DNA from: Halocafeteria seosinensis
Lineage: Eukaryota
Direction: 5' to 3'
DNA: 64,000 nt
Assembly: GCA_001687465.1 (NCBI GenBank)
Contig: LVLI01000386.1
Span: 1 to 64,000 of the forward strand
Numbering within the stretch: position 1 is the first letter of the stretch; each line of letters begins with the position of its first letter. Below, one piece after another: positions 1-11,800 of the stretch. The translations under genes were made by a program, and so were the position numbers. Below the pieces are notes generated by a model. It saw only the letters and a list, made by a program, of their open reading frames with translations. It had not been told where the DNA came from and ran no database searches.

Positions 1-1110
1 ACCTAGAAGCGATCAATCAGCTCATCGGCCCAGTTTGGGTTAAAGACCCGCACAGATGTTCCTTCCAGATTTCATCTCTCGATCAAATGTCCAGAATGAC
101 TTTGGACTCTCCCGATGCAGACCGTGTGGGGCTGCGCCGAACGAATCAATTCACTGGGAACCAGGCCGGTAACAGGCGATTGTGTATGTGCATGTATGCA
201 TAAGCTAAGTGGTATGATGATAATCATGGGACCCTGCTGCACATCTCTTGCATACCAAAGTCGTAGCAACGCCTGCACATCCAGCGTCCCTGAATGTTTA
301 TCAGTCCTGTTCGATCCTAGCCTCTGTGAATACCGAGGGGCAATCACCCGTTTACTTGCGAGATCGGATACAAAAGATACGAAGAAATGTACATCAGCAT
401 CAATACGCTACAGAAGTATCCGCTAGACGGCACATAGCTACCTTGTCCCTCGCGTTTCACTTCCTGCTGCTTCCAGCCAGTCCATCCATCAGCTCCTATA
501 CAACGCGCCAGATGCGCGAAAGATTGTAAATATCAGTTCGAGTTCCTGCCCTCGCGAATATAGCCCAGATACAGTGTTCCCTCAGTGTCGAGAAGATCGC
601 GCCGCGTCTCCTATCCTCTGGTTCCGTCCAACATCAACCGCGATGTCTGCAAGAACACGTCAATATTCAGCCACTTAACAATGTCATCATAAAACCAACC
701 AAAGACGCCTTACAAACCATTCATAACCCCTCCCGTAGACCCACGACCCAAGATCAGCGCTTGCACTCCCCAAATACCAACACGCCTTTTTGCAAGGCCC
801 ATATCTACATATCCTGCATTCTCTACAAATTTGAAATTATACAACATGGTAGCAAATTGAATGCTCTACAAGATGATATGAAAAGATCCTGTATACACTC
901 ATGGAGTGCTGAGATACAGCGCCCAAACCAAACGTTACCAGCGCAACACTTTTTGGTACCCCTGCCCTCTGGACTTTGTTGCGCTGGGGGTATTTGAAGT
1001 TAGACTTTACCACCTTGCAGTGTTCCCTCACGGCGCATGTCAGCGTCGCTGCTTAACACGGGCGTATACCGCTGCTCGTTGAGAGGATGCGGTCAACTCC
1101 CCGGCCGGTG

Positions 1111-1134
1111 GGCTATCTGTCACATATGTGTGTG
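1111..1134 (+). repeat. Dispersed 24-nt repeat, copy 1 (GGCTATCTGTCACATATGTGTGTG)
   Basis: 23/24 identical to 52806-52829. Confidence 0.7.
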
Positions 1135-1616
1135 AGACGGAGTTGTCGAGGGGCAACGAGCAGTGAACGAGGTGAGAGCCGTACTAATTTTCCCAGATTC
1201 ATGATGAACGGTGAAAAGCTTATAAAATACTGGTAGGGGGTGATTTTCTTGCGTTTTTATTTTGCGCAGAATATTGATATGGAAGGACAAAAAAGTTTCA
1301 ACTTCTTCAAACGGTTCGCTGCATATACCATAGTAAATGTGTTTCGCAAATCACAATCTCCAGGCATCCACATGTATGCGTGAATTGATGCTACACCGCG
1401 CGACTGGACAAAATGGTTTTGACTCCCGCTGTCACAAGTAGGCTTGCACTCATCACTATCTGAAAACTTGAAGTAGCTGATACGCGTGCGGCATTTTCAT
1501 TTTGGACCCGTGCTGGATACTCCCTCAGCACAGTCAGAGCAGAGACATACATGTCCGCAAGGAGTAAGTGCAATATTCGAGCGGTTCTCTAAACACACTA
1601 CGCTTCGTCTCGCCCT

Positions 1617-2510
1617 TTAGCTTGACTTGTCAAGAAGTTTCAAACCTCTGTCTTCCCCTAAGCCATTACTACGATCCACCACAAATAGGCTTTTGCGCAC
1701 CCCATCCCAAAGAGTAGTCACAGCATGCAAAACATCACGACGATGCCGTGTCATGCAACCTTGTGGACGTTCGAGAACCCTTAGACGATCCCCAGTATAA
1801 ACGCAGACTTGACTGACCACCAGTGTATTCAGAATCTGCATTGAGAGCAATCTGTACCGTGGAAGCTGCGTAAGCCCCATCACAATGGAAGGAAATACAT
1901 GCGTTTGTTGGCCCTGGTGTCCTTCGCAACGCTATCTTCGCCCCCCGGGATGGAGACCTTTCGACTTTCTCCCGATATAGCTGGCTTGTTCTCCGTTTTC
2001 AACGTGGGACAACAGTAAGCGAAGTATGTGGGAATCCATAACGGCCTCATGTCGTTTTGGCCACATCACTGTTGGCAAACCAGATAAAATCCAGGAAGTC
2101 TGCAAGCAGATCGAGATGTTTCTTTTCCATAATGTCGGAGGAACGATAGTATTCGAAAGTAGCATCCGAGGAAGCATCGTGTTTACCCGCCTTCTGTCGT
2201 AGTAGTTCTTTGATCCTTGGTGTGACCCTTTGATTTTCTGGATCAGAGAGTAAAAACACCACGAGAGGATCGGTGGCGTCCGCCGACGTGAATGTGCTGA
2301 TCATACCCCTCAAGCGCAGTACCAGGTGCACTGTTGCCTCGTCAAAGATATTATAGTCGTAAAAAGTTCGTCCATCCTCAACCTGCTTGCCAGCAAATAT
2401 GAGCTTTTGTTGGTCGGGGGGAATCCCTTCCTCATCTTTTATGTTTTGTGACACGATTTAACATCCAGGGTGACGGTCTTGCTGTGGGTGTCTTCTGTGT
2501 GTATGTATGT
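1617..2510 (-). pseudogene. Ubiquitin-like domain fused to a 2OG-Fe(II) dioxygenase domain, disrupted by several frameshifts
   Basis: Joining minus-strand frames gives KTPT(G)KTVTLDVKS / [53 protein letters not shown] (ubiquitin), then AKIALRRTPGPTNACISFHCDGAYAASTVQIALNADSEYTGG / CVYTGDRLRVLERPQGCMTRHRRDVLHAVTTLWDGVRKSLFVVD (HxD...H iron triad, distal RxS). At least 5 frame changes, none at GT-AG boundaries. 5' limit approximate. Confidence 0.8.
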
Positions 2511-2926
2511 TCTCCGACGTAGCTGTAGCTAGCTTCGACGCAATACTCTCGGACCCATTTCTCCGAAATTTTCTCCTGTGTCCGTCATCCTGGGAACTGA
2601 TGCTGCCAGTGATGCATGGCACTGCATGCCATGCTCTACAAACTTCACATTCTCGAGTCGTAGGCGCAGAATATTCAGCTCGACGTGTTTTCAACTATCG
2701 CCGCTCTACATCGTGAACGTTGTATAAACCGTTGCTTCGACAGACCAGGTCCCGACCCCAGAGGAGTGCTGTCTAAGGGAGGCGTCCCCAGATTTTTCCA
2801 AGTCCCAACCAACCTGGTTAGCAACGGAAGTACAGCTGTACCCCTTTTGGAGAAGGCAAACTTACATCGAAGTCTTGCTCAATATATTTGAAGAAAGGGC
2901 GAAGTTCGAAATATTTTTGACGTATC

Positions 2927-4959
2927 TTACGAGAGACATGATAGCCAGTTCTGGATCTCGCTTCTCAATCGATCGACAGGATGTGCTTTGCGAGAAGTAC
3001 AAGTGAGTAGATTCATCATTCTAGCGTCCATCCAGTGGTGAATTTCTTCCACAAGCCCAACGTTTTCTAGTTTATCTTCATTGGGGATCCCATTTTCATA
3101 GCCGGCTATCCGGTAGTTGTTGCGAACATTTCCCACTCTGATGGACGATAACGTCGAGCGATCATACGTTCGTCCATTTCCCCTGAGGAAAACGGGTTCT
3201 ACCATTAGTTTTCCAGATACCGGGCATGTGCAATGCTGAGGACATTCTCTTTCCAGCTCAATGCCAAAATTGTTCTCTAGTTTCATGACCTTCTGTTGCA
3301 AGCTCAAGGAATCCCACGACCCGATTTCTTTGTCCATCTCTCTCTCAGATTTTTCTACTAGTGTACTCCAGTTCACATTTTCGTCCTCAAGGCACTCTTT
3401 GAGCTTTCGTCGGTATTCTGGGTTCTGGTTGGAAAGCGCTGCAGCCAATGAGTCATAGTCGAATGCTGTTCCCTCTTTTAAGCCTTCAATAATAACAGGG
3501 TCGAGCATCAAGGTTCCGCTAAGTGGACATAGGTATGCACTGGGACAAGGAGTTTCGCAATTATTGTCTTTTCTGCATTCCGTTGCATACCTCCGGTCTG
3601 CATGCTCAAGAAACGCGATAATACTTCCTCTCTTGGTATTCCCGTCAGCGCTCGGGTTCTGCTGTTGGAGTACTTCCAACGGTGTGAGAGGTTTACTGGT
3701 ACTAAAGTGCCAAGAGCTCTGCTTTTGAAACATAGGAATACATCAGTTAGATCCCCAGACGTTGCTCAAGGCGATTGAACTTACAGTTTTCCTTTCGATA
3801 GTTGGAAGCACCTTAACTCTGTTGACCAATACTTTGGTTATATCCAAGAAATTCTGCTCTACCGCAAAGTGAAGTGCCGTCATCCCAGTCTCTCTATCTC
3901 TTGCGATTCTATCCCTTGCTTGAGGCATATGTTCCGCTAAATATTCGACCACTTCCAAATGCCCAGAATTGCTAGCATAAATTAATGCATCCCACCCATT
4001 CTGCTACACGAAGGGGAAAGCTTCTTGAACACAGGAAAAATTAAAGGTCGTAGCAAGCCAGCCATACCCCATCCTGTTCGTTGATGTAAGCTCCTTCTTG
4101 ATGGAGATATTTCACAAGCTTCGAGTGACCCGCCGAGGCAGCGTAATGGAGAGGCGTTCTCTGTCAACCGTGGCAAAAATTATCAATCCGACCCAGGATA
4201 TTAAGAACTCAAACTGGCTTACATTTGATTTATCTTCACGGGAGTTTATGTCGACAAAATAACTTTTCACCAAAAGGACAATAACATCGAGGGCACCGTG
4301 CTGCGCTGCAATATGTATCGGTGCTTGTCCCCGCTGCGATGCCGACCATAGAACAGTGGGAACTTCAAAACGGGGAGCGTTATACATCCTTACTTGGTTG
4401 TGTCGGTTCACATTCAGACGCTGTGTTTCGCTTGGTTGATGATCCAACAGAGTCTTAATCGCATCTGGGTAATTGTTTCGCGCGGCCAAATGGAATGCGG
4501 AATCTCCATTACCGACGATTGGCTTAACAAGAGTGCTCTGCGCGACGGAGAAACGCAGGATATTCCCGACGAAACTCAAAGACGCGTAATGCATAACACC
4601 CGCTATCTTACGTCTTGGTTTAGAACATCGATATTAGCACCATAAATGTCTTTGAGCAGTCTGATGTTCGCGACATTGCCATGTGCCGCCGTATGCACGA
4701 GCAACGGCACTTGTTGCTGAATGGCAAGCAGACGCAACGAATAAAGTCGGAACATCCACTTCAGTTGGAACGAAATGGTAAAACTTACCTGAACAAGCCG
4801 ATCTACGTTGATAATACCCTTGTTCTTCCCTGGGAAGTCTGGATCCATCGCCACTGAATCCAGTTGCTCCTGAAGTTGCTTAGGGCCCTTCTCTTTAGCA
4901 GCTTGGAAGATTGATGCCTTCTTCTTTTTGGAAAGGACGCTATTTCCGTGTTTAGCCAT
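2927..4959 (-). CDS. Ankyrin-repeat protein with C-terminal U-box domains (putative E3 ubiquitin ligase), multi-exon
   Basis: Ankyrin motifs in successive exons (SAFHLAARNNYPDAIKTLL, APIHIAAQHGALDVIVLLV, TPLHYAASAGHSKLVKYL, ALIYASNSGHLEVVEYL, TALHFAVEQNFLDITKVLV) separated by GTAAG...AG introns (first intron 4788..4717). Last exon has CPLSGTLMLDPV and CPVSGKLMVEPV...GRTYDRSTL. Internal exon boundaries partly uncertain. Confidence 0.8.
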
Positions 4960-5843
4960 TTTCGCTTCCTAATCCTTTGTGCAACACACACTGAGACCCG
5001 CAAACCCAGAAAGGGATATTTACAGCAAACCTGAGTTATTCTGGTAGTCCGTGTTTCAATACCTTACATGAATGTTTGTTTTTCGATCCAAACGAAGCTT
5101 CAACACAATACACTTGAACATATTTTGAATGTGTTTCAGAACTCTCAGTCCCGCAGAGCGTGCATGCTTTGGTTTACACGTCTGTGATGTACTGACGAAT
5201 TTCGCCCTCCGGCGACACGAGCTGTGCCATGCCAATGTTTCCAGTCCTTTCTGCATTCATGATAAATGCTACACCTTTTTGAATAGCGAGGGGTCTGCTT
5301 GTGTTTTATTTTTCGCTAAGTGTCAGATCTAATTTTGTATAACGTTGCAATCCATGTATTCAACTCAACCTCCGGGATGACTGAGTGTCTTAACGAAAAA
5401 CTGCATAGTCAACTATTCTGTTGTTGTATCAAACTAGCAACGCGTTTCCCCGTTCCGAACGCATTCCAACACATTCATTACAGGGTGCTAGTAGCCGTAC
5501 TACCGATAAGTGTAGACGATCACACTGATCATCACAGACGCTGGCTGCTCGAAGAGAACAATCAAACCTGCGTCTCAAAAAATGAGAACTCTACCAAGTT
5601 TTTGAACACGCTTGAGTGAGGATTGATGGCGGCGTAATAGAGCTAACTTTGCTCTCAAACTTAGCCTCACTGTCAGCATTCCTCTACTGGCTCGATAGAG
5701 AAGCCAAGTAGAGGAAGTGTCTGGGCTTGGAATTTATCAAATACTTGGAGTGATTTTAACGGTAACGCTAATTGGATTGCTGATTGCCATTTCCAAAGGC
5801 CTAGCAAGGGCTTTTCCACTTTCGGGAGCACCATAAGAGAGCC

Positions 5844-8800
5844 ATGCAACATAAAAACTCTTCCTCGGCGATGTCTGCCTCCTCAGGGGAGGACCATGCG
5901 CCCCAGCTTATGTCTCCGGCCACCGATAGTCCTCACAAGATAAGCGAGAGCAGGCTACAGAAATTCACGGCTCATGTATCGATGGACCCTCAGACGAAGG
6001 AGATGGTGTCATGGGTGCGTCGAAAGATCCATTTGAAAGGGTTCCGAACTAGTGAGGTAAGCAATGGGACGAACACGCGTGATAGGTAGCTGGCATTGTG
6101 TACCTACCTGACTTACCCGAGTCTTCCTGTTTGCAGCATTGGACTGATGATCATAGTCAGATGGTCTCTTATTTTCTTACATCTCCAGAGGTCCAACGAC
6201 TTGTGGGGTATATGGATGCAAACGACAACCTCGTCTTCATTACACCGTACGCGAGCTTTCCCGTGCAGCCCCGACAGTTTGTTTACTTTATCAAGAAGAA
6301 TGTAAACCCTATAACTCCAAAGACTATTGGTTCCTCAATCAGATTCGGTTTAATCAATGGTGGAAGTCTTGAAAGCTTACACAGGGCTATGCATGGAGTG
6401 TTTGTTCCCTCTGTTGTGAATACAAAGACGTGGCCCGAGGGTATCAAGAGCGAGTTCATCGGACAGCTTCACCGCTTTATGGCCAGCTTAACAGAAACAA
6501 CCTATCACGCACAAGGCAAGACTGTACTTTATTTACCTCGCGAAACCAGTGAATTAACTGACGAGGCGGCGCAAAACAAGGATTTGGTTCAGCGTTTGGA
6601 AAGTACTGTTATCCACTGGACCAGGCAAATCAAGGAAGTGGTTCAGAACCAAGAATCGGGAGCGGCTACGGCATCCACTGAATCATCTGGGCCTTTGGAA
6701 GAAATTGAATTTTGGAGGCGTCGCGTCATTGACTTATCTGGGATAAGTGAGCAATTGCAGCGGGAAGGCGTAAATCGAATCGTTCATGTGTTGGAAGTTG
6801 CTGATTCACAATATTTGAGACCGTACAAACAGTTATCTCAGAATATACAAGAGGGCTCCGAGATTGCCAAGGACAACCTACGCCACTTGCAAATGCTGAA
6901 ACCGATTTGCGAAAAACTAAGTGAAGCTGCACCAGCGGAAATACCGTCACTACTTCCGGAAATTCTAGACTATGTGCGAGCGATTGGTAGTATTTCAGAG
7001 CACTATCGGTCCCCTTCCCATATTAAGGGCTTACTCAGAAAAATATCTAACCAGATCATCGAGCAATTTCGTAAGCACATTGACTTGGATGAAGTGTTTG
7101 AAGGAGATGTTTTAGAGGTTACGAAGGTTCTCGAAGAATCCATACATTGTGGCGCCCAATGGAAGACTGCGTATCATAAGCAAAAGCAGGCTATAGCACG
7201 AGCTGAAAACTGCCGGTGCGAGCCTTGGGATTTCGATGATGCCGAAATTTTTGCGCAAGTGGACGCGTTTGTCCAACGATGCCGAGACCTGATTGAAGTG
7301 TGCGAAGGCCAGATACAATTTGCGAGGAAGAATCTTCCTGGTGGAAAACAATCCCCTCTGCCTTCTTTTGGAGGAAGTAAGGGTCTAGAAATTCACGCAA
7401 GCCTGAAGACCATCGAGAGCGAATTTGGAAAATACTTGACGTCTCTTTCGAATGTCAAGGGCGCCATCTTGAATGTCAAGGCTACCCAGTGGCATGACGT
7501 AAATAATATGTTTAAGAGTGGCATGCGGGATTTAGAAGTTATGTTGCAGAACGTCATACAAAGTGCCTTTGAAGGTGTGTCAACTGTTCAAAATGGGGTT
7601 GAATTACTCGAATCGTTTGATCAACTTGCGAAGCGGTCTGCCATTCGCAAGGCGGTTGAAAAGAAGACAGCAGATGTTTATGACATGTTCCGTGAGCAAA
7701 TGCTATCGTTAAAGTCCTATTTTGAAGCGAACCATGACTCTCCCGCACTCCGCCCTTGTGAACCCGAGTATGCAGGTGCAGCGTTATGGGCGCGAAGTCT
7801 ACAAGCTAAAATTGAACATGATGCTAATTTGCTTGAGCAGTGCAAGTTTTTGGTCTCTTCCAAGGAGCAAGAAGAAGCAGAACGAGTCTATAATGATCAT
7901 TTCAATGCGTATGAAGAACACATTCGCAACAAATACGCGCAATGGGTCCAGTCAATGTCTGGTTTGGATCAGGAAATTCTCCAGCAACGCCTGAAGGTAC
8001 CCCTACTGCTTAAAGTAAGATTGGATGGTTCAGAGGATGAACAGAAAGGCAACAAGTCCTCTGCTAGACGGGGTCACTCAACGGGCATTCTGGAATGCAA
8101 TTTCGACCACGAAATTTTGCGGATGTTTCGTGAGGCCCACTACTGGGAGAAATTCCATGGAAAGTATCTCGTTCCTTTCTACGCTGCAGACCTATACAAT
8201 AATATGTCAACTTCTCTGCTCACAGTCAGGGAATCTGTTATGGGTCTTGTTAGAGAATATAACAGTATTGTGCAGTCGCTCTCTCATGACGAGCAGGAGC
8301 TCTTTTCGGATGTTCTGAGGAGGCTAGATCGTAAATTGGGTCCAGGTCTGAACAATCTGACATGGGGAAGCTCTGCGGCGCAAAGGGATTATTTCTTGCG
8401 AGAAGGAAAAAAGAATTGCGCTGAAGTAAAAGCTGTCGTAGACACATTCCATTCGGACAAGAGAAAGATTAACCGAGCCATCGATACGATCAATAGAACT
8501 TCTTTGATTGACATTGAGAAGAACTACGTCCACGAAGAAGGAGTGTTCGAGGAGAAGCAATCCAGACATCGCGCGCGCGTGAGAAAAGTGCTTCAAAATT
8601 GTTACCGGCAATGCCTAGACACCTTGAAAAGGATGTACCGCTTCTTTGAGAACGATCCTGTCCATGTCCAGAAAGCTTGGGCGAAATACGTACAGTCAGT
8701 GGATCATTCCCTCGGGAAAGCTCTGCGTGCCACTTCAAAACATTCGCTTCAGGAGTTGCAGCGTGCTATATGTGCAGACTTTAGCAAGTCGGACGTGGAA

Positions 8801-11800
8801 CAATCCCCATTGTTTAGGCTGAATCTTGTCTTAGAAGGGGGCCGTGTCGAGTATCGACCGACAATAATTGCTTTGACTCAAATGGTTAACGGAGTGGCGA
8901 AAGAATTAATTACGTGTGTGTCTGTTGTCAAGCGTTGTGAAGATGAATTACCGGTGTATTATAACGCAGAAACTGGCACTTACAATGCCACGAAATCGAA
9001 GATCACTTCGGCGGAAAGCCGGAAGTCGTCCATTATTCAGCCTGTTAATACGGAACGCACGAAGACTCAACAAGAGGATGAACAAGAAAACAAGGAAGAC
9101 GAGGATGAAAAAGAAGAGTCCAAGGAGGTTTCCCAAATAGAGGTTGGAAAGGAAAGTGGACTTCCCAGCTTTTATGATCAAATTGTCAATGACTCCGATA
9201 TTTTGAAGATCTTGATGGACATCATGAACGGAATGAGCCGCAGTAATACTGAGTTGACTGAGCACAGGCTTAAATTCGAGGACCGAAAATACAAGCAGCT
9301 GTGGGAAAAAGACAAGCAACAGACGTTTAATCGTTTTGCCAAGAAAAATAACTCCTTGTCTGTTTATCGGACAAAAATTGAACAATACATCAACTTGGCG
9401 GAAGAAATAAAGCAGAATGAGACTCCCAGCTGTCAGATCCATTTTGTTTTAGTCGATCACTCGATAATCAAATCCACTTTGATTGACCATTGCGTTGAAT
9501 TCCAGCAAGGTTACTGCAAGCTTCTTCACGAGAATGCTGCGAAAGAGCTTCGTACGCTGCAAGAATATATGTCAGAGAACGAGAAGATGCTCAAAGAATA
9601 TCCGAAGGACCTTCAGCAGCTTTCCGAACAGCTTAACAGGCTTAAACAGGTGCGAGAGGAGATGCCTCTAATGGAGGCACGGTTTAAGCCTGTTCAGGAC
9701 ATGTACAATGCGCTTGAGGAATATCACGTTACTGTTCCTGAGACTGAATTGCAAGGCCTTCAGCAACTGCCCGGAGAGTGGGAGAACTTCAAGGGAGTAC
9801 TCACAGAAGTCGACGAGCAACTAAAACGTGCGAAGACGACCATGAAGCGAGATCTGCAGGACGACATGTCCTCGTTTAACAGTAGGATTCAGGAGTTGAA
9901 AGGTGAAGCCGAACAGGCGCTTCCGTCCGGCAGCCATTACACCCCTGCTGAAGCGAAGAGTATCTTAGCGGATTGGAGCGTTAGAGTTTCCCAGCTCCGG
10001 GAGAGAGAAGAGTCTCTTGCACCAGGATTGCAGGTGTTTGAAATACCCTATACAACTCCCCAAGAGCTGCTGGAAATAGAGGGTCAAATTGATAAACTAG
10101 AGCAAATTTGGGATTTGATGGCAAATTGGGAATCTTCTTGGGAAGCTTGGAAGAAGACTCCATTTTCGGAAATAGATCCGGAATCGCTAGGACAGGAAGC
10201 TGCAAAGTATAAGCAAAAAGTTGGCAAGCTCCGCGAAGTAAAGCATTGGCCGGTGTGGCAACAATTGGAAAAACGCATTAAAGAGTTTCAGTCAACTATG
10301 CCGTTGATATCTGACTTAGGTTCTAGCGCGATGCGACCACGTCATTGGAACTCCCTGAAACGAGAGATCGGTACAGACTTCGACGAAACTGCTTCCGACT
10401 TCACTTTGGAAACCGTCTTCGAATTGGGTCTGCACAATTATGCGGACTTCGTCGGAGAGCTCAGTGCCAATGCTTTCAAGGAACTGAGCATCGAAAACTC
10501 TCTCAAGGAGATTGAACGAATATGGCATGATATGCAAATTGAGATGTCCGTGTATAAGCAGCAGTACTACAAAATCAGTACGACTGAGGATCTCTTCCAG
10601 ACGTTGGAAGATCACCTGGTTAACTTGAGCACGATGAAGGCATCGAAGTATTTTTCGGCTTTTAAGGAATCCATTAACTATTGGGAGAAAACGCTTAGCA
10701 CAATTTCTGAGGTGGTTGACACACAGCTTGCTGTTCAAAGGCAGTGGATGTATCTTGAGAGCATCTTTGTCGGCGCTGAGGATATCCGAAGACAGATGAA
10801 CAAGGAGGCGCGGGACTTTGATGAAGTAAATGCGCGGTATACGAAGCTCACTGCCGAAATGTATAACGATCCGAACGCCGTACGTGCCTGTACTAAGGAA
10901 GGGTACTTGTCGCAGCTGAATAGCATGAATGAAAAATTGGAAGGTATCCAGAAGGAGCTTAATGACTACCTAGAACAGAAGCGCAAGGCGTTTCCCCGCT
11001 TCTATTTCGTTTCCGATGCTGACTTATTGGAAATACTCGGGCAGGCTCGCGACCCAGTTCTTGTACAGAAGCATCTCAGTAAGTGCTTCATGGGCATCAA
11101 ATCTCTTGCCATTGATAGCAGCAACAGGGACTCCAAGTCGGGGCCTGTTGCGGTGGCTATGAATTCACCAGACGGTGAATCTGTACCTTTGGAATCGAAC
11201 GTGATTCTCCAAGGAGCTGTGGAGAACTGGCTAAACGACCTTGAATACCGTATGCGTATCAGCATTCGGAAGTCGCTGGGAGAGACGTTAATTGCATTCC
11301 GCGATGCAAACAAAGCATCGAATGAAAAACGTCAGCAGGCCCTGTCGAACTGGATTCGCGACTATCCAGGCCAGCTGTTGATAACCACTGGGATGATTAT
11401 GTTCAACAATAGCTGTGAGAGACAGCTCCGTAACGTCGCTAGCGGAGGATCGAAGGCGTTGAAGAAACTGGTGAAGAATCAGCATAAATACCTCACTCTT
11501 CTTGCTGCGATTGTACGACAAGACTTGGACAGCGTCATGCGGAAAAAGATGATTGCGCTAATCACCATGGAGCTGCACAGTCGTGATGTTATGGATCGGT
11601 TGCGTCGTGCAAAATGCTCATCTACAGACGATTTTACGTGGAACTCACAGTTGCGCCTGAGCTGGCGCAGACCTGATCCGAATTCGTCCGGAAGCGATGC
11701 CGCTCTTGATCCTGGAGACTATCAGTACGGCATGTGTGAAGCCCATCAAACCAGCAGTGTTCTGAAATTCGGGTATGAATATCAAGGGAACAACGGACGT

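Noticed and set aside
1..1031. Short ORFs and an intron-like GTAAGG...TTGCAG on the minus strand
   Set aside because: All frames are interrupted and no protein family was recognisable; possibly a decayed gene but unsupported.
5780..5810. X-box-like (RFX) half sites upstream of dynein
   Set aside because: Poor match to the palindromic consensus, and no evidence for RFX in this organism.
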